From Octopus bimaculoides (lineage: Eukaryota), in the NCBI RefSeq assembly GCF_001194135.2, contig NC_068986.1, positions 21,151,174 to 21,203,249 of the forward strand: a stretch of DNA of 52,076 nt. Direction: 5' to 3'. Position 1 is the stretch's first letter; every line of letters starts with the position of its first letter. Below the pieces are notes generated by a model. It worked only from the letters and a program-made list of their open reading frames with translations. It searched no databases and was not told where the DNA came from. This document shows positions 48,324 to 52,076 of the stretch, piece after piece. The position numbers and the translations under genes are program-made.

Positions 48324-49231
48324 CAGTAATCACTCGCTATATCGCAGTTTACCGATCGCGCCCTCAGTATATCGCGGATTTTTCTGGTTAATATATGTAA
48401 ATTTATATCGCGGACTCAACAGTATATCGCGGGTTTTTGTGGCTGATAGGTATTTATATTTTTTTAGATTTTAATTATTTCTGAGGTAAAATAAGCATTT
48501 TCCCGTTTAAAAATTAATAGATTAATAAACAGAAATGCAGTACAGTATTGTATAACACATTAATTAAAATATATTTAAAGAAAATACATTTTGTATCGTA
48601 GATGAGTAAACAAAGAATTGCACCTGTTGTATGGAAAACGAAACGCAGGAGGCGAGTGTGTTGTGTTGTTTTGCATTTATAATAAAATAAATGTATACAA
48701 ATTATAGAAATATAATTTTTAAAATATACAGTAGCAGGAGCGGCTGTGTGGTAAGTAGCTTGCTTACCAGCCACATGGTTCTGGGTTCAGCCCCACTGCG
48801 TGGCACCTTGGGCAAGTGTCTTCTACTATAGCCTCGGGCCGACCAAAGCCTTGTGAGTGGATTTGGTAGACAGAAACTGAAAGAAGCCCGTCGTATATAT
48901 ATATAAATATATATATATATATACATATATACATGTATGTGTGTATATGTTTGTGTGTCTGTGTTTGTCCCTCCAGCTTCGCTTGACAACCGATGCTGGT
49001 GTGTTTACGTCCCCGTAACTTAGCGGTTCGGCAAAAAGAGACCGATAGAATAAGTACTAAGGCTTACAAAGAATAAGTCCTTGGGTCGATTTGCTCGACT
49101 AAAAGGCGGTGCCCCGGCATGGCCGCAGTTAAATGACTGAAACAAGTAAAAGAGTAAAAGAGTACTGTTTCTACTTCATGGATTTTCAACTATCACGGGG
49201 AGTAACACCCGCGATAGTCGAGGTATTACTG
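48324..49231. mobile_element. Tigger/pogo-like MITE with TA TSD, interrupted by a full-length SINE B
   Basis: TA|CAGTAATCACTCGCTATATCGC … GCGATAGTCGAGGTATTACTG|TA. Confidence 0.85.
48734..49162 (+). mobile_element. Full-length SINE family B nested in the MITE
   Basis: CAGGAGCGGCTGTGTGG…AAAAGAGTAAAAGAG. Confidence 0.92.
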
Positions 49232-49376
49232 TATGTCAGTGGAATTTGTCTTTATCGATTCCAACTGGTCGTTAAGTAAATTTAACACTTCTGGAATTGA
49301 ACCCCAGATGTTAAGAGACGCAAGTACAACGCAAGGCATTTAACCCACTTTCCTACCGTATTCAGTTAGTATTTAT

Positions 49377-49686
49377 CTTTCAGGATCGATAAAATAAATA
49401 CCAGTTGAACACTGGGGGGGGGGGTGTAACCGACTAATCCCCTTCCTGCAAAATACCAGGCTTTGTTTGTATAGTAGAAATAATTATATTTACTCTTTCA
49501 TGCGGTGAGCTAGCAGACTCGACAGAGCATCAGTAAAAAAAAAATAAATAAATAGCGCCGAGCTGGCAGAATCGTTAAAGCATCGGAAAATAACCTGCTT
49601 TCGGTATTGTTCTGGTTGTTTTGTGATCTAAGTTCAATTTTTGCTGGGGCAAACTTTACCCTTCGGTCTTCCGGAAACGATATAGT
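49377..49686 (+). repeat. ~310-bp direct duplication, copy 2
   Basis: See copy 1. Confidence 0.92.
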
Positions 49687-50639
49687 CTGGAAGTGAAGAA
49701 ACGAGAAGTCAACCTCGGCGATATCTGAACACTCGGAACATAAAGTTTGACATGTACCTTGAAGGTTTACTAGCTTTACTAGGTGTACTAAGAATAAGTC
49801 ATGGGGTCGATTTGTTCGACTAAAAGCGGGGCTCCAGCATGGCCACAGCCAAATGTGTGAAATCCTTGGTGCAGTTAAGAATATTTGAAGAAGAAAAAGA
49901 ATTACTTCTCTGGTAGTTCCAATCAATTTAATTTATTTTCTAGTAATATCATATAATTTTAATTTAATTTTACAGTTTGGTTTGTAGACCAGTTGGTTTT
50001 TTACCATTCACTATTTTCCTTCAGCTCTGGTTCATCAATACTCCTTCACTCTCACACTTATTATTAACAAACTCCAACCCCAACATATCCAAATCTCTTA
50101 TATAAAGAATCACACAGCACAACACAACCTGAAAATCAGTTTGACAACCGCCACCGACAAATGCGAGAAAGTTCTCCAGAAAAGTTAACACGGAATCTTT
50201 AAAAAATCTCCCCACCAAAGTTAACAAGGAACTTTACTAGATCTAAAAACCAAACTGTAAAACTAAATTATATTTTATTATTAGAAAATTAAATTGATTA
50301 GAACTACCAGTGAAGTCATTCTTTTCTTTTTTCAAATATATGTGTGTGTGTATGCGCGCGTGTAATATTATATATATATATATATGCATTTGTAATATGA
50401 TATATAAATATATATACATACACATATATCTAAGGGAAAGACATCTTATGCAAATTATTTTCTGTTAATTTATTTTCTCAATATATGTGAGGTCTCGTGA
50501 GGTTAAGCTATTGGTACGAGTACCTACTTGGTATGGTTGGTATAAAAGGCCATAACACTTATATCCGGGTCGCCTTCATTTACTTACATAACTAATTGAA
50601 CTTCTTCCTCAGTTACAATATTTTTAGACATCGACTGTT

Positions 50640-50702
<63 letters not shown>

Positions 50703-51077
50703 CTAGCTCTTTCCTTCGCAGTGTACGTGTCCGTAAGTATGATCATGAATTAAAATATGAAGCTCATACATCTATTTACAAATATACACACTATAGATAT
50801 ATTCTTTTGCTCCGNNNNNNNNNNNNNNNNNNNNNNNNNNNNNNNNNNNNNNNNNNNNNNNNNNNNNNNNNNNNNNNNNNNNNNNNNNNNNNNNNNNNNN
50901 NNNNNNNNNNNNNNNNNNNNNNNNNNNNNNNNNNNNNNNNNNNNNNNNNNNNNNNNNNNNNNNNNNNNNNNNNNNNNNNNNNNNNNNNNNNNNNNNNNNN
51001 NNNNNNNNNNNNNNNNNNNNNNNNNNNNNNNNNNNNNNNNNNNNNNNNNNNNNNNNNNNNNNNNNNNNNNNNNNNNN

Positions 51078-51425
51078 GCGAAACGCTTAGCAGCAATTCG
51101 TTCGCTTAGCACGTTTTGAGTTCAAATTCCGCCTAGGTCGACTTTGCCTTTCATCCTTTCGGGGTCGATAAATTAAGTACCAGTTACGCACTGGGCTCGA
51201 TGTAATCGACTTAATCTCTTTGTTTGTGCCCTTTATGTTTAACCCCTTGTGGGCAATAAAGAAATAAGAAACGTTAGCACGCCGGGCGAAACGCTTAGCA
51301 GCAATTCGTTCGCTTAGCACGTTTTGAGTTCAAATTCCGCCTAGGTCGACTTTGCCTTTCGGGGTCGACAAAATAAGGACCAGCTGATTGCCTCCCTTGC
51401 TGGCCTTGTGCCAAAATTTGAAACC
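51078..51425 (+). mobile_element. SINE family A dimer; both units share a private variant
   Basis: GCGAAACGCTTAGCAGCAATTCGTTCGCTTAGCACGTTTTGAG at ~51078 and ~51286; junction GAAATAAG|AAACGTTAGC at ~51268. Confidence 0.88.
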
Positions 51426-51519
51426 AGTATATTTGTAAAGAAGAGGTAAGTTTTTGACGCAGTTTTGCTATATTGATTAGTTTCGAATCCAGGTCGAAAA
51501 TATTTCATTACATTTATGG

Positions 51520-52073
51520 TTCTGATAAGCGGTTGCTGGAATACCCTATGTTTAGCTAACAGGACTGTAACATGCCACACAAGCAGGAGAACCCAATCAT
51601 GACTATCAGACAATTTCTGCGACCACATCTAACCACCTAGCTCCCCACAGTGCAACCCTTTGATTATTATGTGTGGGGCGCAGTTGAGCGAGAGACCAAC
51701 AAAACTCTTTGTAACACCCAATATGAACTGAAAGCAAGGATTATGGCAGCATTCACCAACTTGAACGAGGAAACCGTGCAGTGAGTTGCAGGAGATTCCG
51801 AAGTCGTCTGGAGGCTGTGGTTGAAGTCAATGGTGATCTTATTGAATAAATTTATAGATGTTTTCGATCTAGTTTGGATTCTTTTCCATCAAATTTGATG
51901 GCAAAGAATTCAAATTTGATGGCAAAGAATCCAAACTAGATCGAAAACATCTATATTCTTTAGTATTTCAAGATATTTTTATGTAATTTTGGTGAACATT
52001 TCTGTTAAGATGAGATGTCAGTGTTATTTTCATTTCTGCGCTATTTAGACGACAATTTATTCATCGTACCCTA
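51520..52073 (+). mobile_element. Decayed Tc1/mariner-superfamily transposon (C-terminal transposase and right TIR)
   Basis: Frameshifted KRVAGIPYV…QD…HTSRRTQS*LSDNFCDH…PPSSP.CNPLDYYVWGAVERETNKT.CNT..ELKARIMAAFTNLN…CRRFRSRLEAVVEVNGDLIE*. It ends …CAATTTATTCATCGTACCCTA|TA. The PPSSPDCNPLDYYVW motif is typical of maT/DD37D-like elements. Confidence 0.88.
51853..51955. repeat. 103-bp fold-back (46-bp arms, one mismatch, 11-nt spacer) inserted in the mariner 3' region
   Basis: TATAGATGTTTTCGATCTAGTTTGGATTCTTT… / …AAAGAATCCAAACTAGATCGAAAACATCTATA. Confidence 0.92.
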
Positions 52074-52076
52074 TAT

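Noticed and set aside
1-52076. Long ORFs in the track (YI/HT/CV/LS repeats and X runs)
   Set aside because: They are translations of dinucleotide and tetranucleotide microsatellites or N gaps, not genes.

Overview
AT-rich, repeat-saturated animal genomic DNA from a draft assembly. About 7 kb (~13%) is N gaps, mostly flanked by microsatellites. The two dominant SINE families and the microsatellite landscape look like octopus (coleoid cephalopod) DNA; this is recognition from memory, not a database result. I find no recognisable intact protein-coding gene: almost every ORF in the track is a microsatellite or N read-through, or a decayed transposon fragment. Supported content is dozens of tRNA-derived SINE copies, decayed LINE fragments (CR1-like RT, R4/Dong-like RT and RLE, RTE 3' ends), a Tc1/mariner transposase remnant, hAT- and Tigger-like MITEs (several nested), local duplications and several long palindromes. 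The best leads are (1) a CpG-rich promoter-like block at 32.1-32.3 kb followed by two well-bounded minus-strand exon candidates, (2) an exact ERSE overlapping a UPRE core at 7255-7276, (3) a 23-bp hairpin at 41286-41336, and (4) non-random SINE architecture (recurrent junctions, a SINE/15-bp-spacer array, close inverted pairs). All gene-model statements are inference and need RNA data. I cannot claim a confirmed new biological system here.
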